Assembly: GCA_951406725.2 (NCBI GenBank) | Contig: OX597838.1 | Span: forward strand, 28,768,001-28,832,000 | Source: Octopus vulgaris | Lineage: Eukaryota | Direction of reading: 5' to 3' | Length of the DNA stretch: 64,000 bases | Shown here: piece by piece, positions 11,400 to 24,822 of the stretch | Layout of the letters: every line of letters starts with the position of its first letter | Position numbering within the stretch: position 1 is the first letter of the stretch | Notes under the pieces: generated by a model | Told to the model about the DNA's origin: nothing | Databases searched by the model: none | Seen by the model: the letters and a program-made list of their open reading frames with translations, nothing else | Translations under genes and position numbers: made by a program

Positions 11400-14300
11400 C
11401 AGATGTTTGTGTGTGTGTGTATATATGTATGTATATATATATATATATCTGTATATGTATGTATATATATATTTCTTTATGTATGTGTATATATATATAT
11501 TTCTATATGTATGTATATATATATTTCTATATGTATGTATATATATATTTTTATATGTATGTATATATATATTTCTATGTGTATGGATATATATATATTT
11601 GTATGCATATGTATATATATATATTTGTATCTATATGTATATATATATATATTTGTATGCATATGTATATATATATATATTTATGTATATGTATGTATAT
11701 ATATATGTTTATATATACGTGTGATGTATGTATATACACACTCATGCACATTTATGTAACTTATATGTATAATTATATAATTGCAAGTCCACTTTTTTTT
11801 TATCCATTTGACAGTTTTTCTTTCCACCTCTCTACCAAACATCACATCCTGTTTGTTGGCAGCACAAACCATCATCATCGTCTCTCTCTGCCAGCATACC
11901 ACATGCTTACTCACAAGAGGGAAAAGAACTACGCAGAGCTTCTTAAATAAGACCACCCTCCCTCTCAACCTTTCCGCAAAGATTCCCTCCCACCAATGTC
12001 AAGGCTTTAAGGGGTTAGTCACAGATAGCTTGGTCTGCTAATTGGATTAGGTTTATTGTCTCGAAACACTGCTTAATCTCTTTAGTGATTCTAAATCTAC
12101 AAAGTGTTGCAAGTAACAACAATAATCTGCAGAAGGTGAGAATACAGGAATTTATTATTTTTTTTTACATTGTGGCAATAGAGTATATTTCGAAGAATTT
12201 GGAGGACATGAAGGCTGGCTCCCTCAAACCCCTAATCTTCTGTAATCGTCTCATCTGGGTTGTTCATCATTTTCATACACACATCTTGACCATTTTATTA
12301 GGGGATATAAAAATTTTAACCTCTGGTATATACGTACGTACATACAGACACACGCACACATATATATATGTATGTATATTTATGTATATTTTTTTATGCA
12401 ACATGCTAAGGTTCATTTGGGTTTGTTTTTTGGGGATTTTCTCTTTTTCTGTCTTCTTGGTGTTTAACAGTTTTTTTCTGTCTGTTTTTTTTTTTTTTTT
12501 TAATGTGTGATGAAAGAAGTAATTTTAAAAAGAGTATTTTTTATTATTTTATTTTTAATGAATGTTAATTAACATCGTTAATGTTCTGTGTTTATTTTTT
12601 TTTAATTGGTGGTGAAGCTTAGGAGATTCAGACACACACACACACACATATACATACATACATACACTTACAAGGATATACATCTGTCTTCATACAGATG
12701 TATGAACACATTTATATTCACATATTTTTTTAATTAATTTTTATTTTAAAAAGGTCAGATGTAAATGACAATCTTAAGCTTGTCTTTTATTCTACTGTAC
12801 TCACACACACATACACACATCTAAGAAGTATACAAATCCTATAAAAACACCCACCCCACCCCCACTTTGCTCCAAAGCGTTTTTATTTGGGTGCTCAATA
12901 CTTTGGCATGAAAATCCTTATTCTTCAAATATGTTTTGTCCTGCTGGGGAAACTGCACAAAATTGTTTTTTTTATTTAATTCCTAAGGTTTATTTTGAGT
13001 AATTAATAATATATTAATATTTGAAAATCTCCTGTTAATTTCAAATAGAATCTATATTATTAATATTCATTATTATTATTATTATTTTAAATCCAGGTTT
13101 GGTTTCTAAAAATTCCATTTTGTTGAAATTTGGTAGTTGCATAATTTGCATTATTTTCTATGTAGGAAGGTTATGTATACATACATACATATATATATAT
13201 AATGTATGTATGTATAGCTTGAATTTTTACTAGAATTTTTTAATGAAGTTGTATTTAATTTGAGAGCCAAAATTCATAATTTAAATTGTAACAATAGTTT
13301 AATAAGTGTTTAATGGTGAAAAAGTGCAGTATACAAAATCATATTTAGTTAAAGTAGACAGGAGGTGTAAAGGACTTTGTAATGAGTAAAAATGAGTTCG
13401 TTTAACTTACTACGTGCAAATAATAAGAATGATAATAACACCAACAACCATAAGGGAAAGGAAATTGAATCAAATTTTGGCTTTGATGGTCGTTTAGTCA
13501 TAATTAGTATTGTGAATAATGTAGATTTAGTATGGTTAATTATGTGGTATCTTTTTTTTTTTTTTTTTTTTTTTTTTAGTAAAACGCGGTCAACAACCTT
13601 TTTCACGTCACCTCAGATCTCATACCTATTTATGTATGCTTATGTCGTGTATGTATTCAAACACATGCACAAATTTTTTTATATACATTGGGTTCACACC
13701 TACTAACACACACACACACACACAAACATCCTTAGAGCAAAAAAACAAACAAATCAACATAGTTACGTCTGTGTGGTTATTTAATTTTTTTTTCTTTTAT
13801 TCTAATTAAAACTGAGTTCATTGATTTTTAAATAAATTGGAAGAAAAATATTTTGTCACTTTATTTAACAATGTTTTGGAAAATTATTATTTTTAAAGAA
13901 TTCATTTTTTTTTTCCTTTTCTTTCTTTGTTGTATTTTTTGACGTTGACAATTAATTGTATGGTCGTCATTTGTGGAAGGAAATATTTTGTAATGTGTAA
14001 AATGGTGTAATGCTGCTCAACATTTTATGAAATGTTTTTCACAAAAAAATTCGGTCAGGTCAGTGATGACGATGACGAATTTGTCTGTGTATGTATTTGT
14101 GGGGAGGGGTATCATGCTTGTGTTTGGTAGCAGCGTCAGAGGTCAAAAACAATCTCTGTTACCTGCAAAGTAGGTACCAACTTATACGATGCCCTGTTGT
14201 GTATAATGAATGTCATTCTATGTGTGCAATGTTGGGCCAGGGGTTTGTCTCCAACAATAAGACAGACCAGCGCCGACTTTTAAAGATGAGGTGTCTCTTT

Positions 14301-17180
14301 GGCTGCTCTGTTGCCCTCTTAACAATCAACAATAATTTCCACAATGGTGTATATTATAAATAATAATAATAATAATAATAGTAATACTTTTAGCATGTTT
14401 TTTTTTTGTGATTTTAATTGTTTTATTGTATTTTTCTTTTTAATACTATTTTATTTCTTTTCTGTTTGGCCAGGAATATTAAGGGTTTTTTTTAAAAAAA
14501 ATGTTTATTTTATTCAGCAGGTGGGGACAAAGCATGAAAATTACTTGATGCTTCCATTGGCAACTTGCCCCCACCCCCTTCCCTTTGTCTTTCTGCTTCT
14601 TACTTCTCCTCTCCTTCCCCCTCCCCCTCTCTCCCTCTTCATCAATTGAATTTTCCCATTCATCCCCACCCCACCCCCCATGCTCCTGCCAGGCATACCA
14701 CTGCTGCCACCGCCAACCTCATTAACACTCAAAACAATTCTCGCCAGTTTTGTGGGTTGTGTAGTGGTGAGTGCCGCAGTGCAGTGCAAAATGAGCCTGA
14801 AATTGAATCTGCATCAGGGTTTCAATTCCAGGTCTGCTCATTCAAGTTCATTTCACTTAATTTTTTTTTTTTTTCATTTCATTTCCTGAACAAGGCCATT
14901 CACACACACACACACACACAGCTTCCATTTTTCTTTTTCCCCACTAAATTTTTAAACACTTTTGTGTCTAGTCAAAACAAATATGAAATCACACAATAAC
15001 CCAATCTAGCCATGGAAGGAAGTGAGGGACAGATGGGAGAGGCTGAAGAACATTCCAAGTTGTATAAAATTGCTTGGAAAGATGGATGGGCCAAACAATA
15101 AGAAAAAAAAAGGTGATTGTTTATTTGCATCAATAATAATAATAATAATAATAATAATATATTTATATATATATATATATATTTATGTATGTATATTTTT
15201 TTTTCTGAAGGAAATGGTGTAAATTTTGGCTTTTCTTGAAATGGACAACTAAACAAGGATAATAATAATAGAATTCAAAGCAATGGGTTAAAAATAAAAC
15301 AATGAAAGAAGAATAAGAATATTCATGTGATGTAATTATCCATGAACTCGTTAAAATGGCTTACACAGACACTCCAGTATTGTCAACTCCAGCTCCCCAC
15401 CCCCATCAGCCACCTGCCCCACTCTGACCCCTCCCCCCCTTCTGGTCATCACATTCTGCAGCTTTCTTCAAGCTAATGGTTGTCTCAAGGACCTTAACCT
15501 CTTCATCTGTCATCGTTAGTCCACACCAACCAACACCACAATGCCCTCTCTCTCTCTTTCTCCTGCTCCACTGACACCACTCCTCCTCCCCCTTTTATTT
15601 TTTTATAATTGAAATTTTTTTTTACCTCCCCCCCATTGATTCATCCGTCCAAATCTTCTTTGCTTACTGCTCAACTTTCCGTTTCAGTTTGAAAGTGGAT
15701 AAAATGAAATATTGGTCAGAACCTAGAAATTCAGTTTAATTAACAAAAATTATTATTATTATTCTAATAATAATAATAATCTCATAATAATGAATTTAAA
15801 TTACAAAAATTTAAATAAGTAGAAAAAAAATTCTGCAAAAAAAAAAAAGAAAAAGCTCTACAGCTGTTTCACAAGCTAACAACAAGATGTGGTTCTGTGT
15901 GAAATGTTCCATTGTGAGTGAACTAAAAAGATTTGGCTGTTCTGTTGCAGCAGCAAGAGGGGGGATTTGGGGGAGTGACTATATATGGAGTAAAAAATTA
16001 TTTGGGGTTAGGGGTTAAAGGACAAGGGCATTTTTTAAAATCATCCTCATTTTCCCATCCCCTAGAATGTGGTTCCTAAAAAATTATACACACACATGCA
16101 AACAATGAGATATATTTACACAAACATATGAATATATATATATAACACATACATGCAAACATGGTTTATATATACGCACACACAATTATGTGTATATATA
16201 TATTACATATATAATATACACATGCACACATACATTCATTCACTCATACTTTATATAAAATATGAATACATGCAACCAGTGATTATATGTACATCACACA
16301 CACACAACATTGTGTACATATTATATAATTATAGAAACCTATATCTATAAATTCATACAGACATATATATGTATGTACACATATATATATATATATGTAT
16401 ATATATGTATGTATGTACACATACACACACAGAACAAAAGCAGGTGATAGCGATGAGAAACAAAAGAAAAAATAAACAGACCGACGCCAATGCTTGCTGC
16501 GCCGCGTTTATGCAAGGAAACATGCCTGATTGACTTGGCTAATTAATGACAAAGATTCTACAGAAATGAGCGGGTTTTTGCTGTTGTCATTTATATTCGT
16601 CTCTGTGGTATTTTTAGTATGTTTTTTTTTTCTTTCTTTTATCTTTTATCTTTTTTTAAACTATGCTTTCGTTGTTATGTCTATAGTCGACAGGCCAATG
16701 TTTCAAGAGGAATTCTCCCTAATTTGGTGAGAATGTACATTGTGATGATGATGATGATGATAAGAAAGAAAGGAAGTTAATAAAAAAAAAAAATAAATAA
16801 AATAACCTTAAATTTGTGTGAGGCCTTTTTGGTTTCATGTAGAGTTGAGTGTCTTGTCCAAAGATGCTAATCTAATACGAAGCCTGCAGTGGGAATTGAA
16901 CTGTGATATTAAAGAACTAGCAATCCAGTACGCATTATCCGCTCGGGCCATTTGTATCTTGCAATAATAATAATAATAATAATAATAATGTGGTATTTAG
17001 TTACTGCCCTTTTATTGTTCTGAGTTCTAATCCCGCCGTGGTTGACTTTGCCTTTCATCCTTACAGGGGTTGATAAAATAAAGTACCAGTCATGCACTGG
17101 GGGTCGATTTAATCGGATGAGTTTATAAAATGTCAATAATGAATATGCTTATCAATGTATACATGTTTGTTTCTGTGACA

Positions 17181-17254
<74 letters not shown>

Positions 17255-19322
17255 GTATATACATATATGTATGTGTATATATACATGAATATGTGTGTCT
17301 ATATATACATGAATGTGTATATATACATGAATATGTGTGTCTATATATACATGAATGTGTATATATACGTCTATATATACATGTGTGTAATTATATATAT
17401 ATACACATGTATATATGTGTACCTATGTATGTGTGTATATATAGGTATATATATATATATACATGTATGTGTGTATATATAGGTATATATATATATATAC
17501 ATGTATGTGTATATATATAGGTATATATATATACATGTATGTGTATATATATAGGTATATATATATACATGTATGTGTATATATATAGGTATATATATAT
17601 ACATGTATGTGTATATATAGATATATATATATATATATAAGCTCATACACAGTGTTCTAAAATCTGATGCCCAGTTTTAAAACACCCATGCAAAAAATCA
17701 TACTAAAACTAGGTTATATTTTCAGGGTACCTTGTGTGTGTGTATAGATATTATACATGTGTGTGGGCATATATGTATGTATATAAATTTGTGTCCTGCT
17801 GCCTATGTTAGCAATCAGTAAAAAATGATAAACAACATTATAATGGCTTGTTTCTTAGGCACAAGACGAAATCCCCAGTATCTTACTGGTACCCAAATCT
17901 AAATAGTATTTCTATTTTCCCATTTTTTTTTTGTTTTTAAATTTTAATTTAAAAAAATTAAAATTAAAGAAAGGAAAAAATTTTTTAAAAAAGCAAAGAA
18001 TTCAAGTATGTTGCAATTTTTTCCAGAAATAGTTTTTTACTGAATTTGAAAATTCAAAAAATAAAAATTGACAAAAAAATAACAAAAACAAGAAAATCCA
18101 ACATAATCTGTACACACAACATATTATATATACATGTATAACATCATATAATGCATACACACACATTCATATATACACATGAAATTGCATTGTATCCTTT
18201 GAGTTTGGACACTGATCAAGGTTACATATATAAGATATATCTAATATATATGTATATTATATATGCACACACATATATATTTGTAACATGTATGTATAAG
18301 ATATATATATATATGAAATTGGTGCAAAGAATGGAATTTTTATAAAGTATGCAAAATCCATCAATTATAAAATAAATGAAAAGGATAACGCATGAGACCT
18401 TGTCTGAAGTAAGCGATATTTATCAGTGAACATTTTAAACGAGCCACCGACCGACCGTGTCACCCTCCTGGCTTGTTTATGCTGCTGTTGCTCTTGATGT
18501 TTTTGTCTCTTGAATGCTGAAACAATGAAATCAACAAATAAATAATAAGTTAAACAAACAACCTTTTTGTTTCTGGTTTTGATTTTCGCTTTCTGCAAAA
18601 AGTGTTTGAAACAGTTGTTAAGAAAAAAAAAAAAAAAGAGAAACTTAAATTTTCTGCCTCTGGGTAAAAAATTTTCCTTTTTTTTTTTTTTTTTTTTTGC
18701 TCTTTTTGTATTTTTGTTTTAATTAATAGATAGCAAAAATTTTAAGTCCTTGATATGTGGAATGAAACTTCCAAATATTTCCTGTGTATTAAGAAAAAAA
18801 GAAATGCCAAACACAAGAAACAAAGTATATGTATATATGTGTGTGTGTGCATATGCATATATATATATATAGTGGCTGTGTGGTAAGGGGCTTGCTTCTC
18901 AACCGCATGGTTCCAGGTTCACTCCCACTGTTTGGTACTTTGAGCAAGTGATTTCTATTATAGCCTCAAGCCAACCAAAACCTTGTGAGTAGATTTGGAA
19001 GATGGAGACTGAAAGAAGCCCGTCCGATATATATGTATATTTTTGTGTCCTCCCCACCATTGCTTGACTACCAATGCTGGTGTGTTTATGTTCCGATAAC
19101 TTAGCAATTTGGCAAAAGAGGCTGATAGAACAAGTACTAGGCTTACAAAGAATAAGCCCCAGGGTCAATTGCTTTGACTAAAATCTCCTTAAGGTACTGC
19201 TCCCGCATGGCCAAAGTCAAAATGACAAACAAATATATATACGGGCAAACCTGTAAGTGTGTGTGTGTGTATATATATGCATGTGTTTATATACAGCTGA
19301 ACCATAGGCCCATATAATTTAA

Positions 19323-19529
19323 CCCTTTAGTGTTCAGATTATTCTGTCAAACGTGATGTTTGTTTATATTGTTTTGAATTAATCATGTATTATCTTGTAG
19401 TTTAGAGATTGCAGTGATGTGGTTTTTTTAGTTTTAGAATGACATGGTAGGACTGAGGTAAGAGGCAAGATCTGGTCAGTTTCAATATAAAACAGGTTAA
19501 ATATTCTGGCCGGTTTGAATGCTAAAGGG
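19323..19529. mobile_element. piggyBac-like MITE (opposite orientation)
   Basis: ttaa-CCCTTTAG...CTAAAGGG-ttaa; the interior is the reverse complement of the 460-678 copy. Confidence 0.75.
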
Positions 19530-20247
19530 TTAAATGAATATTTGTTGGGCACCATTGGTGATAGATACCTTGTTAAAACGAATTATGGTGTATCCTGAGA
19601 TGGTAGGGTCTGTTTATACATTCTGAGCTCAGTCTACTAGGGTCAACTTCGCCTTTCATCTTTTTAGGAGTTGATAAATTAAGTACCAGCTGAGCACAGG
19701 GGTGGGGTGATGTAATTTACTTGCCCCCTTCCCCAATATTTTAGGCTTTGTTCTATGAAAGTAAAAATTATGGCATACCCTGTGGAATATGTATGTATCT
19801 TTTATTAATGACTTGGGACACCATATTTCATTATGCAACCATGATATACTACAAAGAATAATTATCATCATCATCATTTAACGTCTCTTTTCTATGCTGG
19901 CATGGGTTGGACAGTTTGAAAACTGGTAAGCTGGAGAGCAGCACCAAGTTCCAGTCTGATTTGGTATGGTTTCTGCAACTGGATACCCTTTCCAACACCA
20001 CCGACTCCAAGAGTGTAGTGGATGCTTTTTATGTGCCACCAGAATGGGTGCCAGTTACGAAACACTGGTATCAGCCACAACTACAATCTCACTTGGCTTC
20101 ACAGGTCTTCTCAAGCATGGTATATAAGTCAATACTGTGACCTACTGTGTTAGCAGTGCTATTAAATCACTTGTTACGGTTATTTTTACAGATTTTCAAT
20201 AGAAATTACAGCCAGCACTGATTTTATAATCTTAACAAATGTGTGTC

Positions 20248-20465
20248 TCACCCTCGGAACATTCCAGGAAGCCGATCATCCTCGGAACTTTCCAGGAAGT
20301 CTCTCATTCACGGAACTTTCCAGGAAGCCTCTCATCCTCAGAATTTTCCTGGAAGTCTCATACTCAGAACTTTCTGGGAAGTCTCGCATCCTCAGAACTT
20401 TCCAGGAAGTCTCTCATTCACAGAACTTTCCAGGAAGTCACTCATCCACGGAGCTTTCCAGGAAA
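20248..20465 (+). repeat. 28-bp minisatellite, 8 units
   Basis: Consensus tcatcctcggaactttccaggaagtctc read directly from the sequence. Confidence 0.92.
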
Positions 20466-20751
20466 TAGTTCCTCTGCCTCCTTGATGAATTACTTCCTGG
20501 TACCTCAGGAATTTTGGTAAGATACAGTGTATTGGCAATGAACAAACAAAACAACTAGTTTATTCTGTGCTTTCATAATTCTGAGTACAAAATGCATGCT
20601 CATGTCTATGTTTATGTATATGTGTGTGAGTCTGTAAGTATATATATAATATATATATATAAAGTTAATCCAAACATGAAAACACAACAACGCGAGGACG
20701 TGGAACAAATATAGTGTTATTGGACGCTCAGGAAGGAAGGGAAGAAGGAGG

Positions 20752-20786
20752 GTTTTACGTTTCGAGCAGAGCTCTTCGTCAGAAAC
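20752..20786 (-). ncRNA. Minimal type I hammerhead ribozyme motif in a Penelope-like repeat (about 20660-20865)
   Basis: Minus strand GTTT CTGACGA A GAGC-TCT-GCTC GAAA CG TA AAAC: stem I, intact core, stem II, palindromic CG stem III, GUA cleavage triplet. Confidence 0.72.
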
Positions 20787-20922
20787 ATAGGAAAAGGAAA
20801 GATCCAGAGAAGGGAAGATGGAAGGAAAAAATCGCCAACGGTACACATGTGGTCACATTTTGAATGCAGAGTAAATTCGTCGCAGTGGCACGTGAGAGGC
20901 GTGAAGTGGAGTCCCCTACTGA

Positions 20923-20956
<34 letters not shown>

Positions 20957-21131
20957 TATCATCGTCGTCGTCATTTAATGTCCATTTTCTATGATGGCAT
21001 GGGTTGGCTGGCTAGTCATAACACTGCACCAAACTCTGCTGGTTGTTTTGGCATGGTTACATTTATGTAAATATAAATGTATACATATAAATATACATAC
21101 ATGTGTGTGTGTGCATATATATATATATATA

Positions 21132-21450
21132 GTGGAGGCGCAATGGCCCAGTGGTTAGGGCAGCGGACTCATGGTCGTAGGATCGCAGTTTCGATTCCCA
21201 GACTGGGCGTTGTGAGTGTTTATTGAGCGAAAACACCTAAAGCTCTACGAGGCTCCGGCAGGTGGGTGGGGGCGGCGATCCCTGCTGTACTCTTTCGCCA
21301 CAACTTTCTCTCACTCTTTCTTCTGTTGGCCTGCTCGCTTAGCCAGCGGGGTGGCGTCATTTGAAGGCTAAAAAACAATGCGAAGCGCATTGTGACCAGC
21401 GATGTGTAGCAACATCCTATAGCCTGGTCGGTCATGGTGATCACAGTGAT
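21132..21450 (+). mobile_element. tRNA-derived SINE family D
   Basis: Head ggaggcgcaatggcccagtggttagggcagcggactc...gtttcgattccc, then gtgtttattgagcgaaaacacctaa. A related partial copy lies at about 22440-22582 (-). Confidence 0.8.
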
Positions 21451-21916
21451 ATATATATATACACACACATACACACCCACATGCATTCATATCATTCTCA
21501 CCTGTAAAGAATCTCTTAATGAAAGGCGTTGTTGTTGCTGTTATTAATGATGCAATTACTTATTTTAAATCTCGTCTATGTAAATGTGATTATCACTCCC
21601 TATCTACTATCGTATTATATTCTACTCTTCAAATTTCCATTAGCAGCAGCCGGTATATTAATAATATACGTGTGAATGTATACACACACGCACAGACACA
21701 CACAAATGCACACACGCACACGTATCTATGTATGTATAGATGTATTTATATGTGTGTGTGTGTACATATATACATATATATATCCACACACACACAGACA
21801 CATATATATATATATATATATATATAGTTAATCCTAACAAGGAAGCACAAAAAAACACAACAAGGCGAGGACGTGGAACAAATATAGTATTATTAGACGC
21901 TCAGGAAAGAAGGAGG

Positions 21917-21951
21917 GTTTAACGTTTCGAGCGGAGCTCTTTGTCGGAAAC
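21917..21951 (-). ncRNA. Mutated hammerhead motif in a second copy of the same repeat (about 21826-22020)
   Basis: GTTT CCGACAA A GAGC-TCC-GCTC GAAA CG TT AAAC; two core substitutions, probably inactive. Confidence 0.55.
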
Positions 21952-22742
21952 ATAGGAGAAGGAAAGATCCAGAGAAGGGAAGCCAGAGGAAAAAAAATCG
22001 CCAACGGTACACACGCGGTCATGTACATACGTACATACATACATACATACATACTAGGTTTTGAAGCAGCTGCTCGACCATTCTGATGTCAGTGTGATAT
22101 ACCTTGACTTTGCAAAAGCATTTGATAAGGTAGATCATGGCATGATAAGCCATAAGCTACGAGACCTTGGCATCGCTGGTAAACTGGGAAAGTGGCAGCA
22201 TGACTTCCTTAAAAACAGTCAGGTAGTTGCAGCCAATGGTTCCCTTTCTGAGGAAACTCAAATCTTAAGTGGTGTCCCACAGGGAACTGTTCTGGGGCTA
22301 TTACTGTTCATAATAGCCCTCTTAGATATGCCCACAGTCACTCGGACAGCCACTGTCACTAGCTATAAATCTTTAAATCCTTAAAAATGTTTTAGCCCGA
22401 AGGCTGCAGCCATGCTGGGGCACCACCGCTGATAGAAAAAGTCAGCAGAAGTTTGCCATTACCTTCTGCTAGAGCTGCATGGAGCTTAGGTGTTTCGCTC
22501 ATAATCACACTCATCACCCAGTGTGAGATTTGAACCCGTGATCCCTTGACCACGAGTCCTCTGCTCTAACCACTAGGCCATGGATACAAAATATCACAGG
22601 CAATGAATTACTAAGATGGTGTCACAAGCTTACAGTGGGACCTAAATTCAATATACAAGTGGGCCAAAATAAACAACATGCAGTTTAATGCTGGAAAATT
22701 TCAAGTACTGCACTATCAACTCATGAATGCAGTACAATCTAA

Positions 22743-22907
22743 GGCACTGTCATGCCTTTGGATGTCAGAAGTGAAAGTAGAAAAATCTGACGTCAGACGT
22801 CAACTTTGTGTATTTACGTCGTCATGTTTAAACTTTCGTTTATTTACGCTTTAATTTACGCAGAATTTTCTTCTTTCACTTCTGACATCCAAAGGCATGA
22901 CAGTGCC
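22743..22907. mobile_element. MITE with about 35-bp TIRs (GGCACTGTCATGCC...) and 8-bp TSD
   Basis: Perfect TIRs; flanks caatctaa / caatttaa. GG termini with an 8-bp TSD suggest a Merlin-like superfamily (inference). Confidence 0.8.
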
Positions 22908-23010
22908 CAATTTAAATATATAGGATCCAAAGGTACTACAATCCCAGAGTCACAGATAGTGAAAGACCTGGGGATCAGTATGTGCAATGACGCATCATTT
23001 TATAAGCACA

Positions 23011-23381
23011 CTAGCAGTATCGCCCGGCGTTGCTCAGGTTTGTAAGGGAAATAACTATAAAGCATTTTTAGAGAGTTATAGCCAAAAAATGGAAAAAAAA
23101 TGATGGTAAATTTTTTTTGAGTTAAAAAAGGTGGAGTTGCGTCCCCTAGACGGTCTGTGGTTCGGGTTTCTGATTCTCGACCCCATGTCGAATTTATCGA
23201 TTTTTTTCAGAACTGGGGGAACTTTTCCAAATTTTCGCTGCGTTAGTTTTGAATTATGACATTGGGCTATGTGTGTGTCAAGTTTCATCAGAATCGGTTG
23301 AAAGCCGTGGTCAGAGTGAGGGTACGAGAAAACAGACACACAGAAAACGCACAGACAAACTGCCGTTTATATAGAGAGAGA
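23011..23381 (-). mobile_element. Non-autonomous Helitron
   Basis: Minus strand runs 5'-TC to a GC hairpin and CTAG-3', inserted between A and T with no TSD. Removing it restores the host LINE frame (YKH-ISEMVAKYRQLVRWILRSF). Confidence 0.85.
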
Positions 23382-23665
23382 TTAGCGAGATGGTAGCAAA
23401 GTATAGACAACTGGTAAGATGGATACTGAGGTCCTTCAAGACAAGAGAGCAAGAAACTATGTTGACCCTGTGGAGAACTTTTGTTCTCAGCTGCCTGGAC
23501 TACTGCTCCCAGTTATGGTCCTACAGAGTTTGAAGCACTCCAATGCCACTACACTAAAAAAAATTGAAACAGTGCAGTGGATGAGCTACAGGGATAGGCT
23601 GAGAAAACTACAGCTTCACTCCCTGGAGTGAAGGCATGAGAGATATGCAATAATAGACATATAGA

Positions 23666-24070
23666 TGCAGGAGTGGCTGTGTGGTAAGTAGCTTGCTTAC
23701 CAGCCACATGGTTCCGGGTTCAGTCCCACTGCGTGGCACCTTGGGCAAGTGTCTTCTACTATAGCCCCGGGCCGACCAAAGGCTTGTGAGTGGATTTGGT
23801 AGAAGGAAACTGAAAGAAGCCTGTCGTATATATATATATATATGTGTGTGTGTGCGTGTATGTTTGTGTGTCTGTGTTTGTCCCCCTAGCATTGCTTGAC
23901 AACCGATGCTGGTGTGTTTATATCCCCGTCACTTAGCGGTTCGGCAAAAGAGACCGATAGAATAAGTACTGGGCTTACAAAGAATAAGTCCCGGGGTCGA
24001 GTTGCTCGATTAAAGGCAGTGCTCCAGCATGGCCACAGTCAAATGACTGAAACAAGTAAAAGAGTAAAAG
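23666..24070 (+). mobile_element. SINE family A nested in the fossil LINE
   Basis: Full-length copy. Another with a shortened middle lies at 24421-24758 (+). Confidence 0.87.
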
Positions 24071-24757
24071 AATATATGAAAAATCCTAGAAGGGCTAGTA
24101 TCTAACTTTGGCATTGAGTGTTATACAAATTCCAGAACTGGCCACCATCTGAATTCAGGACCAAGTACTGCGTTAGTGTAGGGTTTAAAGGCTCACAGCC
24201 CTTCAATGCCTTGCCACAAAAATTAAGAAATTTGCATAAGGTGGAAGTAGATGTCTTCAAAAAAGGAACTAAACATCCTCCTCTCCTCTCCACAATATTG
24301 GATGAACCAACAGCCCAACATGAGGTACAGACGAGGGCAGCGGAATGTATCTCCCTTATACACAAAATGTAGCAACAGCTGGGACAGAGGCACATACATA
24401 CATACATACATACATACATAGGCGTGGGAGTGGCTGTGTGGTAAGTAGCTTGCTAACCAACCACATGGTTCCGGGTTCAATCCCACTGCGTGGCATCTTG
24501 GGCAAGTGTCTTCTGCTATAGCCCCGGGCCGACCAATGCCTTGTGAGTGGATTTGGTAGACGGAAACTGAAAGAAGCCCGTCGTATATATTGACAACCGA
24601 TGCTGGTGTATTTACGTCCCTGTCACTTAGCGGTTTGGCAAAAAAGGCCGATAGAATAAGTACTGGGCTTCCAAAGAATAAGTCCCGGGGTCGATTTGCT
24701 CGACTAAAGGTGGTGCTCCAGCATGGCCGCAGTCAAATGACTGAAACAAGTAAAAGA

Positions 24758-24822
<65 letters not shown>

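Larger units (their letters stand above)
22057..24372 (+). pseudogene. Fossil CR1/Jockey-group LINE reverse transcriptase split by four nested insertions
   Basis: Collinear fragments YLDFAKAFDKVDHG, SGVPQGTVLG, DTKISQ..DLNSIYKWA..NNMQFN, VKDLGI, WILRSFKTRE..LDYCSQLWS, MSYRDRLRKLQLHSLE, FNALPQKLRNL, with stops and frameshifts. Confidence 0.88.

Noticed and set aside
8908-11968. Many overlapping ORFs rich in Y/I/C/V/H/T (also near 17.3, 33.7, 50.8, 53.3 and 55.3 kb)
   Set aside because: Translations of (TA)/(TG)/(CA)/(ATT) microsatellites, which lack stops in several frames; no protein motifs.
20248-20465. CRISPR-like regular short repeats
   Set aside because: The units are contiguous with no unique spacers, there are no cas genes, and the context is eukaryotic.
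21132-21205. Additional tRNA genes at SINE heads (also about 6300-6373, 48660-48733 and 53075-53148)
   Set aside because: A and B boxes are present, but acceptor stems are incomplete and each runs into a repeated SINE body with no terminator.
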